Positions 36,382 to 44,698 of a stretch of 64,000 nt of DNA are shown here, one piece after another. The notes beneath the pieces were generated by a model. It was given only the letters and a program-made list of their open reading frames with translations. It did no database searches and had not been told where the DNA came from. The translations under genes were made by a program, and so were the position numbers. Position 1 is the first letter of the stretch. Every line of letters starts with the position of its first letter. Source of the stretch: Alphaproteobacteria bacterium (lineage in GTDB: Bacteria; Pseudomonadota; Alphaproteobacteria; RF32; CAG-239); the NCBI GenBank assembly GCA_045602545.1, contig JAZSBR010000010.1:46352-110351 (forward strand), in the 5' to 3' direction.

Positions 36382-37155
36382 ATGAGCATTGATTTTTTTA
36401 CCTTGTGCGCGCAAATCATCAATCTTTTGATTTTGCTGTTTTTGCTCAAAAAATTTTTATACCTTCCGATTTTGAAAGTTTTGGAAGAGAGAAAAAAACT
36501 GCTTGAAAATGAGTATAAGGTAGCGGAAATTGCACGTAAAAAAGCCGAAGTTTTAGAAAAAAACGCGCAAGAAAAATATTCTGAGATTGAACATGAAAAG
36601 CAAAAAATTTTGGCTCAATCTCATGAAAAAGCTGATGCCTTAGAGCAAAAGCTTTTAGCTGTGGCTGAGCAAGAATTCAGCAAGGCACGACAACAATGGA
36701 AAAATAAACTCATCTCTGAACAAAGCACCTTTGATTTGGCTTTGCAAAATCTGATTGCGGAATATTTTCAAAAGTTTGCAACCGGTGCGCTTGATCAGAT
36801 GGCGGATATTTCCTTAAATGAGCTGTTTTTAAATAAATTAATGCAAAAAATTTCGGCGCAAAAACAAGATAAAAAATCAGAATTTGTACGCGACTTTTTA
36901 GTCTCCGGCGAGCTTGAACTGGTCAGTGCCGAAAATTTTGATACCAAAACCAAACAACGGTTTAAGGAGTTTATCAAAAACGAATTTATGCTCAATGAAG
37001 ATTTCAAAATAAAATTTTCAACCGATAAAAATTTGATATGCGGTGTGGTGTTAAAAAATAAAGAGCAAATGATTGAATGGAATTTGGCTGAATATATTTC
37101 AGAGTTTTCCAATAATTTGAATACGGCGGTGTCCTCTCTGATAAACAAGGAATAA
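36382..37155 (+). CDS. atpF: N-ATPase b subunit (long form; the operon has no separate delta gene)
   Basis: N-terminal TM helix followed by a long charged coiled coil; 257 aa. Confidence 0.75.
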   Translation: MSIDFFTLCAQIINLLILLFLLKKFLYLPILKVLEERKKLLENEYKVAEIARKKAEVLEKNAQEKYSEIEHEKQKILAQSHEKADALEQKLLAVAEQEFSKARQQWKNKLISEQSTFDLALQNLIAEYFQKFATGALDQMADISLNELFLNKLMQKISAQKQDKKSEFVRDFLVSGELELVSAENFDTKTKQRFKEFIKNEFMLNEDFKIKFSTDKNLICGVVLKNKEQMIEWNLAEYISEFSNNLNTAVSSLINKE

Positions 37156-37159
37156 GACA

Positions 37160-38671
37160 ATGATAAGCGGTGAAAAAACATTTAAGGCGATTGATGAAAC
37201 AATCAAAAATACCAAAGCCGAATTAAAAAAGAGCGAGATAAGCACCATTATCTCAATTTCAGCCGGCACGGCAACCGTCAGCGGTTTGGAAAATGTAAAA
37301 ATGGCGGAATTGCTGGAATTTGAAGGCGGTGTTTCAGGCATGGTGCAAACCTTGGATAGAGATTCGGTCGGCGTGGTTTTCATCAATAAGCCGGATAATT
37401 TAAAAGCCGGTGACAGGGCAAAGCGCACAAATCGCGTTTTGGATGTTCCGGTCGGCGATAATCTTTTGGGTCGCGTAGTTAATTCGCTCGGCGAGCCTTT
37501 GGACGGGAAATCTCCGATTGTTTCAAAAACGCGCCGTGCCGTTGAAGTTGACGCCTATGCGATTATGGACAGAGCGCCGGTTGATGAACCTTTGCAAACC
37601 GGCATAAAAGCCATTGACGCATTCACTCCCATCGGGCGCGGTCAACGCGAACTTATTTTGGGAGATCGCCAAACCGGAAAAACGGCTATTGCCGTTGATG
37701 CCATCATAAATCAGAAAAACAGCGGAGTAATCTGCATTTATTGCGCAATCGGTCAGCGCAACTCAGCTGTTGCCGGTGTTATTGCCGAATTGAAAAAAGC
37801 CGATGTGATGCAAAATTGCGTGGTTGTGTGTGCCGGTGCCGATGATACGGCCGGAATGCAATATATTGCTCCGTATGCCGCCACCTCAATCGGAGAGCAT
37901 TTTCTTGAGCAAGGCAAAGATGTTTTGATTGTTTATGATGATTTGACCAACCACGCCAGAGCATATCGTGAAATGTCGCTTTTGTTGCGCTGTCCGCCGG
38001 GACGTGAGGCTTTTCCTGGCGACATATTTTATATTCACTCGCGATTATTGGAGCGCTCAACAAAACTGTCTTCCGAATTGGGCGGAGGCTCATTGACTTC
38101 ATTGCCGATTGTTTCTACCGAAGCCGGTAATATTTCCGCCTATATTCCGACGAACATAATTTCCATTACGGACGGGCAGATTTATCTTTCAACCTCACTT
38201 TATCAGCGCGGAATTTTGCCGGCGATTGATACGGGGCGCTCGGTTTCACGAGTGGGCGGAGATGCACAGCTTCCGGCATATAAAAGTCTTGTCGGTCCGT
38301 TAAAACTGTTTTATTCGCAGTTTGAGGAATTGGAATCTTTTACCAAATTCGGCACTCAGCTTGATAAAGAAACAATGGGGCGCCTAAACCGCGGTAAGGC
38401 AATCCGTGCGGTTTTGGAGCAAAAGCAATATTCGCCGATGAAAGCAAGCGATCAGATTGCCGTTTTTTCTGCCACAAATGCCGGATTGTTTGATAATTTG
38501 TCAGCCCAAAACATCAAAAAAACCGAAAAAATTGTTTGCGAAGTATTCAATACGCATTTCAAAGATTTAATCCGCAACATTAACAATTCAAAAAAAATAT
38601 CGGCTGAGCAAGTTGAAAAAATGGTTGAAGCGTTTTCTCAAGCCCTTAATTCTACCGATTGGGAGCAATAA
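37160..38671 (+). CDS. atpA: N-ATPase alpha subunit
   Basis: Walker A GDRQTGKT, and LIVYDDLTNHARAYREMSLLLRCPPGREAFPGDIFYIHSRLLER. Confidence 0.9.
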   Translation: MISGEKTFKAIDETIKNTKAELKKSEISTIISISAGTATVSGLENVKMAELLEFEGGVSGMVQTLDRDSVGVVFINKPDNLKAGDRAKRTNRVLDVPVGDNLLGRVVNSLGEPLDGKSPIVSKTRRAVEVDAYAIMDRAPVDEPLQTGIKAIDAFTPIGRGQRELILGDRQTGKTAIAVDAIINQKNSGVICIYCAIGQRNSAVAGVIAELKKADVMQNCVVVCAGADDTAGMQYIAPYAATSIGEHFLEQGKDVLIVYDDLTNHARAYREMSLLLRCPPGREAFPGDIFYIHSRLLERSTKLSSELGGGSLTSLPIVSTEAGNISAYIPTNIISITDGQIYLSTSLYQRGILPAIDTGRSVSRVGGDAQLPAYKSLVGPLKLFYSQFEELESFTKFGTQLDKETMGRLNRGKAIRAVLEQKQYSPMKASDQIAVFSATNAGLFDNLSAQNIKKTEKIVCEVFNTHFKDLIRNINNSKKISAEQVEKMVEAFSQALNSTDWEQ

Positions 38672-39540
38672 TGACGATTGAAGCCTTGCAAAAACGCATA
38701 AAAACAACTGAAGATTTGCGCGGAGTTGTCAGCACAATGAAGGCTCTGTCCTCTGTGAGTATTTTGCAATTTGAGCAAGCGAACAATCACTTAAAACGAT
38801 ATCGCGAAAATTTAAGCGATGCCTTTCAAGCGCTTGCTTTGAGCCAAGGTTTACCCGATATCATAAAAGAAAAATCAACACCGCGCCATTTGATGATATT
38901 AATCGGCTCAGACAGCGGAATGGTCGGTAAGTTCAATAAAGAAGTTTTAAGCGAGGCCGAAACCAGACTGAAAAACAATAAAATAAACATTCAAGATGTT
39001 TGGTTTATCACGGTCGGAAAACGCATAACGGCCTTAGCCGAGCAAAAAAACTTAAAAATCTTTGCCAAATATGCCTCGGCAAATTCGCTTAAAATAGTTA
39101 ATTCTCTTGCCGAAACACTGATTATAAAAATTGATGAAGCAACCAGAAAAAAGCACATAAATAATGTGCAAATATTATACCACAAGCGCATAAAATCAAC
39201 CTCGGTAATTTTGGAGCATCAGACCCTTATTCCTTTTAATTATGAAAAAATGAAAAAACTGCGCGAGAAGAAATGGCCGACAAATAATCTGGTGCAAACC
39301 GATTTAAAAAAAGATGTTTTTTTCAGCGAAATCGTCAATCAAATTTTGTGCATATCATTAATCAGTTTTTTGAACTTTTCGCTTATTTCCGAGCATTTTA
39401 TCCGTATGACCAACATGCAGGCGGCCGAAAAGAATATTGATGAAAAACTATCGGAGATGAATCTTCTTTTTCAACAGCAACGCCAAGAAGAAATCACCGG
39501 CGAACTGATAGACATTGTTGCCGGATATCAGGCAATGTAA
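38671..39540 (+). CDS. atpG: N-ATPase gamma subunit
   Basis: MTIEALQKRIKTTEDLRGVVSTMKALS.. at the N-terminus and EITGELIDIVAGYQAM at the C-terminus. The ATG overlaps the atpA stop (TAATG). Confidence 0.8.
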   Translation: MTIEALQKRIKTTEDLRGVVSTMKALSSVSILQFEQANNHLKRYRENLSDAFQALALSQGLPDIIKEKSTPRHLMILIGSDSGMVGKFNKEVLSEAETRLKNNKINIQDVWFITVGKRITALAEQKNLKIFAKYASANSLKIVNSLAETLIIKIDEATRKKHINNVQILYHKRIKSTSVILEHQTLIPFNYEKMKKLREKKWPTNNLVQTDLKKDVFFSEIVNQILCISLISFLNFSLISEHFIRMTNMQAAEKNIDEKLSEMNLLFQQQRQEEITGELIDIVAGYQAM

Positions 39541-39584
39541 AAAATATAAAACAGCGATTTTTTTCTTATACATCTGTTTTTTCT

Positions 39585-39822
39585 TTGACTTTTGAAAATC
39601 TTTTTGCTAATATAAATCCAGAGCATAAAAGGCTCGGAGGTATCCTATCCTCAGATATAACATAAACTTCTGACTATATGGTCGGAAGGTGGTAGAATAA
39701 AGATAGCAGTATCTGAATATATCGCACTATTTGTTATATCATAGTTAGGATCTTCCGGCCTCCGTTTCGGGGGTTTTTCTTTTTGTGCCGGATGGAATAA
39801 TTTTTTAGAAAGGAAAATTAAA
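39585..39822 (+). promoter_or_regulatory. Promoter plus long leader of LRR paralog 3
   Basis: TTGACT (39585-39590), 17 nt, TGCTAATAT (-10 at 39608-39613). The ~200-nt leader has several hairpins and a terminator. Confidence 0.55.
39759..39778 (+). terminator. Intrinsic terminator inside the paralog 3 leader
   Basis: CCTCCG ttt CGGGGG followed by TTTTT, ~45 nt before ATG 39823. Confidence 0.55.
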
Positions 39823-40536
39823 ATGAATAAGTTTGTTTTAATAGGTGCATTTATATTATATTTTGCGACTCCAAAAGTTTCTTCTGCCGCGTGTGATTAT
39901 GGTGATTTTTCCTGTAATGGAATGACCGGTGATAGTGCCTATTGTTGCTATACCGATCTTGACGGAGACGGAAAAAATATTTCAATATATAAAGATCCGG
40001 CTGCCGGAGATAATGAAGCTAGTGTGGGATATGGAGCCTTTTGGGAAAATGAAACTATAGAAAACGTTTATATAGATGAAGGAGTTACTTCAATCAAACC
40101 TAATGCTTTTGATTCGGCAACAAATTTAATCAGTGTAGAGATGCCATACATTCAAACATTGGAAAGTGAAGCTTTTGCAGAAGCAACTAATTTGACGGAT
40201 ATATACATATCAGATTTACAGCACATAGGCGAATATGCTTTAGCAGGTACTTCAATTGATTATATAGAATGCCATAATACTATGACATTTTGTGAAACAT
40301 TAAAAAATACATTTCCAGTGAATCTGCAAGATAATTTTTATATAAACGAAATATATCAAGAGCCAGAATCTCCGCAAATAACAAAAACTGATTGCTACAA
40401 TCAAGGTAAAGTCCTTTGGGATAACACTTGTGTTGATGAATACCCGTTCGCTAAGAAACGTTGGACGCCGGCGGAGGCAAATGAGTGGCTTCACGATGGA
40501 AATGATAATTTTGTAGTAATAACTTTCAAAAAATAA
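39823..40536 (+). CDS. Secreted BspA-type leucine-rich-repeat protein, paralog 3 of 4
   Basis: Signal peptide MNKFVLIGAFILYFATPKVSSA. LRR_5-like repeats (VTSIKPNAFDSATNL.., IQTLESEAFAEATNL.., LQHIGEYALAG). The protein ends KKRWTPAEANEWLHDGNDNFVVITFKK. Confidence 0.8.
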   Translation: MNKFVLIGAFILYFATPKVSSAACDYGDFSCNGMTGDSAYCCYTDLDGDGKNISIYKDPAAGDNEASVGYGAFWENETIENVYIDEGVTSIKPNAFDSATNLISVEMPYIQTLESEAFAEATNLTDIYISDLQHIGEYALAGTSIDYIECHNTMTFCETLKNTFPVNLQDNFYINEIYQEPESPQITKTDCYNQGKVLWDNTCVDEYPFAKKRWTPAEANEWLHDGNDNFVVITFKK

Positions 40537-40542
40537 ACAAAT

Positions 40543-40575
40543 AAAGGCGTCTATTAAAAAGCGCCTTTATTTTTT
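40543..40575 (+). terminator. Intrinsic terminator
   Basis: AAAGGCG tctattaaaaa GCGCCTTT followed by a T-rich run. Confidence 0.7.
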
Positions 40576-40706
40576 ATTATAATTATTTTTTCTGGGGAAA
40601 ACGTTTATTTTCTTGCATTTATTTTTATTTGTTGTATTACAGTGCAATAAAACCGAAAATTTTCGGATTGTTTTGTATTGAAAAATTTTAGATTAAGGAA
40701 TTAAAA

Positions 40707-42053
40707 ATGGCATCATTAGCAGAAAGAATGGCGGCTGGCTTGGATATGTCCGCCTTTAGTAAAGCTGAGGACTTGAAAAAAAGATTGTGGTTCACGATTA
40801 TGGCTTTAATCGTATTTCGTTTGGGTACATATATCCCGCTTCCGGGTATCAATCCGCAAGTTTTGGCTGATATGTTCAACCGCAATCAAAACGGCATTTT
40901 GGGTATGTTTAATATGTTTTCGGGCGGTGCGCTTGAACGTATGACGATTTTCGCCCTCAATATTATGCCATACATTTCAGCTTCCATCATCTTGCAACTC
41001 GGACAATCGGTTATTCCGTCATTGATGGCGCTTAAAAAAGAAGGTGAAGCCGGTCACCGTAAAATTGTGCATTATACCAAGATTTTGACCGTTTTCATCA
41101 CCATAATTCAAGGTTATGGAATCGCTGTGGGCTTGGAGAGTGTTTCCGGTGCCAACGGCGCGTCGGCGGTTATGATTGACAGCTTTGTATTCCGCTTTTC
41201 AACCATTGTTTCATTGGTCGGCGGTACAATGTTTATCGTTTGGCTAGGTGATCAGATAACCGAACGCGGTGTGGGCAACGGCTCTTCTCTTATCATTACC
41301 GTGGGTATTATTGCCAACATTCCTAATGCTTTGGCGCAAACCTTTGAATTGGGACGCGCCGGACAAATGTCTATATATACCATCATCATGCTTTTGGTTA
41401 TGGCTTTGGCTTTGATTTATTTAATCGTGTTTGTTGAACGCGCTCAAAGAAAAATCATTATTCAATATCCGAAGCGCCAGATGGGCATGCGCATGATGTC
41501 GGTTGAAAGCTCACACTTGCCGCTCAAAATCAATCCGACCGGTGTTATTCCGCCGATTTTTGCCAGCTCTTTGTTGCTTTTGCCGATTACGATTGCCAAT
41601 ATTTCGGCTGAAAAAGGCCCGTCTTGGGTACAAACTTTGAGCCAGCTTTTGAGCCATGGACAACCGCTATATCTGGCACTTTATGCCTTGCTCATTTTGT
41701 TCTTTACGTTCTTTTATACTTCGGTTGTGTTCAATCCGACAGAAACTGCCGACAATTTGAAAAAGCACGGCGGATTTATTGCCGGTATCAGACCGGGAAA
41801 AAATACTGCGGACTATTTGGATTATGTTATCACTCGTTTGACGATGGTGGCTTCTGTTTATTTGGTCTGCCTCTGCATCTTGCCGGAAATCTTAATCAGC
41901 AAGCTCGGTGTGCCGTTTGTTTTGGGCGGAACAACCCTGCTCATCGTGGTTCAGGTTACGATGGACTTTGTGAGCCAGATTCAATCACACTTGTTTGCTT
42001 ATCAATATGAAGGCTTGCTCAAAAAAGCTGCCTTGGTTAAGAAAAAACGCTAA
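40707..42053 (+). CDS. secY: Preprotein translocase subunit SecY
   Basis: 448 aa with 10 TM helices. Typical sequences: LKKRLWFTIMALIVFRLGTYIPLPGI and ALNIMPYISASIILQL. Confidence 0.95.
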   Translation: MASLAERMAAGLDMSAFSKAEDLKKRLWFTIMALIVFRLGTYIPLPGINPQVLADMFNRNQNGILGMFNMFSGGALERMTIFALNIMPYISASIILQLGQSVIPSLMALKKEGEAGHRKIVHYTKILTVFITIIQGYGIAVGLESVSGANGASAVMIDSFVFRFSTIVSLVGGTMFIVWLGDQITERGVGNGSSLIITVGIIANIPNALAQTFELGRAGQMSIYTIIMLLVMALALIYLIVFVERAQRKIIIQYPKRQMGMRMMSVESSHLPLKINPTGVIPPIFASSLLLLPITIANISAEKGPSWVQTLSQLLSHGQPLYLALYALLILFFTFFYTSVVFNPTETADNLKKHGGFIAGIRPGKNTADYLDYVITRLTMVASVYLVCLCILPEILISKLGVPFVLGGTTLLIVVQVTMDFVSQIQSHLFAYQYEGLLKKAALVKKKR

Positions 42054-42062
42054 AGGAACTTA

Positions 42063-42731
42063 ATGACTGAAAATAAAAAAGGCTTGTTTGTTGTTCTTAC
42101 CGGCGCCCCTGGGTGCGGTAAGGGCACGCAAGCCCGAATATTAAAGGAAAGAACCGGAATTTGCCATCTTTCAACCGGTGAAATGCTTCGTGAATTTGCC
42201 AAAAAAGATACTCCTTTGGGACGTGAATTAAAGGCAACTCTTGAACGCGGAGAATTTGCCACCGATGAAATGATTATCGAAATGGTGAAAAACCGCATTG
42301 ATGAAGATGATTGCAAAAACGGCTTTATTTTAGACGGCTTTCCGCGCACCATGCCTCAAGCTGAAGTTTTGGAAGATCTGCTGGCGGAAAAAGGCATAAA
42401 GCTTACTTGCGTTTTGGAAATTCAAGTTCCTGATGAAATAATTATGGAGCGCATTTTGGGGCGCTATGCCTGCATGAAATGCGGTGCCGGTTATCATGAT
42501 AAATTCCAAAAGCCGAAGGTTTACGGTGTTTGTGATGTATGCGGAGGAGATGAATTTTCACGCCGAAAAGACGATAATCGCGCAACCGTGCAAAATCGCT
42601 TGGTCAACTATCGGTTGTTGACCTATCCGACTATTGCTTTTTTTGAAAGAAAAGGTTTGCTAAGAACGGTTGACGGCACCGGCACGATTGAAGCCGTAAG
42701 CAAAAAAATTGAAGAAATTTTGGGTCAATAA
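42063..42731 (+). CDS. adk: Adenylate kinase with a Zn-type lid
   Basis: P-loop GAPGCGKGTQ and a lid with CMKCG...CDVCGG. Confidence 0.95.
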   Translation: MTENKKGLFVVLTGAPGCGKGTQARILKERTGICHLSTGEMLREFAKKDTPLGRELKATLERGEFATDEMIIEMVKNRIDEDDCKNGFILDGFPRTMPQAEVLEDLLAEKGIKLTCVLEIQVPDEIIMERILGRYACMKCGAGYHDKFQKPKVYGVCDVCGGDEFSRRKDDNRATVQNRLVNYRLLTYPTIAFFERKGLLRTVDGTGTIEAVSKKIEEILGQ

Positions 42732-42754
42732 TCATAACATAAGGACTTTAACAG

Positions 42755-43162
42755 ATGAAAAAAGATGTTGCCGCAGGTTTGATAATGTGTGACGGCTTAA
42801 TGTTGATTGCTCAACGTAAACACGGCAAAAGTTTGGAATATAAATGGGAATTTCCGGGCGGAAAGCTGGAAAAAGGCGAAACCTTGGAAGAGTGCCTTGC
42901 CCGTGAAATGATGGAAGAAATGGGCTTGGAAGTTTATGTTCGTGATGCTTTTGTTGTCAGCTCTTATGATTATGATTTCGGCACTATTGTTTTGCATTCT
43001 TTCTGGGCAACCTGCAAAAGCAAGGATATTCCGGTTGTTTTGGAGCATGAGCAATATAAGTGGGTTAATCCGCGCGATTTGCCGAAATATGATTTTGCCC
43101 CTGCCGATAAGCCGATTATTGAGGCAATTTTAGGTTTATTGCCGAATTTGCCGGAGTATTGA
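42755..43162 (+). CDS. mutT: NUDIX hydrolase (MutT-like 8-oxo-dGTP diphosphatase)
   Basis: Nudix box GGKLEKGETLEECLAREMMEEMGL. Confidence 0.75.
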   Translation: MKKDVAAGLIMCDGLMLIAQRKHGKSLEYKWEFPGGKLEKGETLEECLAREMMEEMGLEVYVRDAFVVSSYDYDFGTIVLHSFWATCKSKDIPVVLEHEQYKWVNPRDLPKYDFAPADKPIIEAILGLLPNLPEY

Positions 43163-43167
43163 TTTTT

Positions 43168-44397
43168 ATGCAATTAAGCGCAAAATATCAGGCTGTTTTG
43201 GAGATTTTGGAAAAGGTTTTTCAAGACCAATATCCTGCTGACAACATCATCAAGGAATATTTGCGCTCTCGTAAATATATCGGCTCAAAAGACCGCAAAT
43301 TTATTACCGAAACGGCATGGAATATTATTCGCCACCGCTCAAGGCTGGAGTTTGATTGCGGATTTAATAAGCCGGAAGCGGTTTGCGATACGCGCATGCT
43401 TCTTTTGGCTTATCTCAAAGATGAAGATTTTGATATCATCGCCGACGGCTCGCAATATGGCTTGGCGGAGCTAAGCTCAAAAGAAAAAGAGGCTTTAAAA
43501 AATTTAAGCACGGAAGTTTATCCCGATTATGTGGAAAAAGAGTGCCCGAAATGGCTGTATAAAAAAATCAACAATCCGGCGCTGGTGGAAAGTTTGAATG
43601 ATAAAGCTCCGGCGGATATCAGAGCCAACTTCATTTCACGCGAGGATGCGAAAAACAAACTGCAAAAAGAGGGGCTGTTTTTTTCGTTTTCGCCATATTC
43701 GCCGTATGGTTTGCGCTCGGCAGAAAGAGTCAACTTACAAAATTGCATAGCCTATCAAAACGGCGAAATAGAGGTGCAAGATGAGGCATCGCAACTTGGC
43801 GCTATTCTCTGCGATGTCAGAAAAGAGCATAAAATCATTGACTATTGTTGCGGCGGCGGAGGCAAAAGTCTGCTCCTTGGTATGATATTAAAAAACGAGG
43901 GCGAAATTAAGGCGCATGATAAAAATATTAAACGTATGGACGGCTTAAAAGCGCGCGCCGAGCGTTTGGAAATTAAAAATATTTCTGTTACGCAAGCCTT
44001 AAAGCCGAATGAAAAATTTGACCGCTTTGTGATTGATGCGCCGTGTTCGGGAAGCGGAACCTGGAGGCGTTCGCCTGATGCCAAATATCGCTTAACCCCG
44101 AAGCAATTAAGGAGTATTGAGCAGGCGCAAGCCGAAATTTTGGAGATTGCTTATAAACATCTCAGCGACAAAGGGCGCATTATATATATGACTTGCTCGG
44201 TTTTGGCGGAAGAAAACGAAGAGCAAATTGCCCGCTTTTTGGAAAATCATTCCGACATGACAACTTTAAACATGCAAAACCTGTGGGAGCGCAAGCTTGA
44301 ACTGCCCTATCCTTTTGTGGAAACGCGTTATCTTAAATGCTCGCCGTTAACCACGCATACCGACGGCTTTTTCGTTTGCGTTTTGCAAAGAAAGTAA
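43168..44397 (+). CDS. rsmB: RsmB/Sun-family 16S rRNA m5C methyltransferase
   Basis: SAM motif IIDYCCGGGGKS, catalytic FDRFVIDAPCSGSGTWRR, and YMTCS. Confidence 0.8.
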   Translation: MQLSAKYQAVLEILEKVFQDQYPADNIIKEYLRSRKYIGSKDRKFITETAWNIIRHRSRLEFDCGFNKPEAVCDTRMLLLAYLKDEDFDIIADGSQYGLAELSSKEKEALKNLSTEVYPDYVEKECPKWLYKKINNPALVESLNDKAPADIRANFISREDAKNKLQKEGLFFSFSPYSPYGLRSAERVNLQNCIAYQNGEIEVQDEASQLGAILCDVRKEHKIIDYCCGGGGKSLLLGMILKNEGEIKAHDKNIKRMDGLKARAERLEIKNISVTQALKPNEKFDRFVIDAPCSGSGTWRRSPDAKYRLTPKQLRSIEQAQAEILEIAYKHLSDKGRIIYMTCSVLAEENEEQIARFLENHSDMTTLNMQNLWERKLELPYPFVETRYLKCSPLTTHTDGFFVCVLQRK

Positions 44398-44416
44398 GGG
44401 TTTAGTTATTTTTCCT

Positions 44417-44698
44417 TTGACATTAGAGGTTTTTTATGATAGCCTTAATTCAGAATGGTGAGTTACCATTTTAGGGCGTGAGAACCCTTTATTCCACTAG
44501 TCGCAAAAGCATAGCGACTTAAAAGTTGTATGCCGATAGTTCGTTCATCTAATGGAGCGGATGTCGGTGCAATAAGGCTCCTTAAAAAGCGCGAAAACGC
44601 CGAGCCGATCAGTGGAATACGGTTTCTCAACATCCGCCCGCCTTTTCTTAGGATAAGAATGACGGGTTTTTCTTTAGCTTAATTTAATAAAAGAAAGG
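44417..44698 (+). promoter_or_regulatory. Promoter plus conserved structured leader of LRR paralog 4 (homolog of 10725-10994 on the minus strand)
   Basis: TTGACA (44417-44422), 17 nt, TGATAGCCT (-10 at 44440-44445). The leader starts near CAGAATGG (44451) and has about six helices that are conserved, with compensatory changes, relative to the paralog 2 leader. Confidence 0.65.
44637..44671 (+). terminator. Intrinsic terminator at the 3' end of the paralog 4 leader
   Basis: CCCGCCTTTTCTT aggat AAGAATGACGGG (imperfect stem) followed by TTTTT, ~28 nt before ATG 44699. Confidence 0.55.

Noticed and set aside
44450-44698. Assignment of the conserved LRR leader to a known riboswitch class. ACCCTTT resembles part of the TPP core, and GGCGGATG/CCGCC resembles parts of ZTP.
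   Set aside because: The other obligatory core elements are absent (CTGAGA for TPP; GGGTCGT..CCGCCTGGGC for ZTP). The resemblance is limited to short strings, so the motif is left unassigned pending a covariance-model scan.
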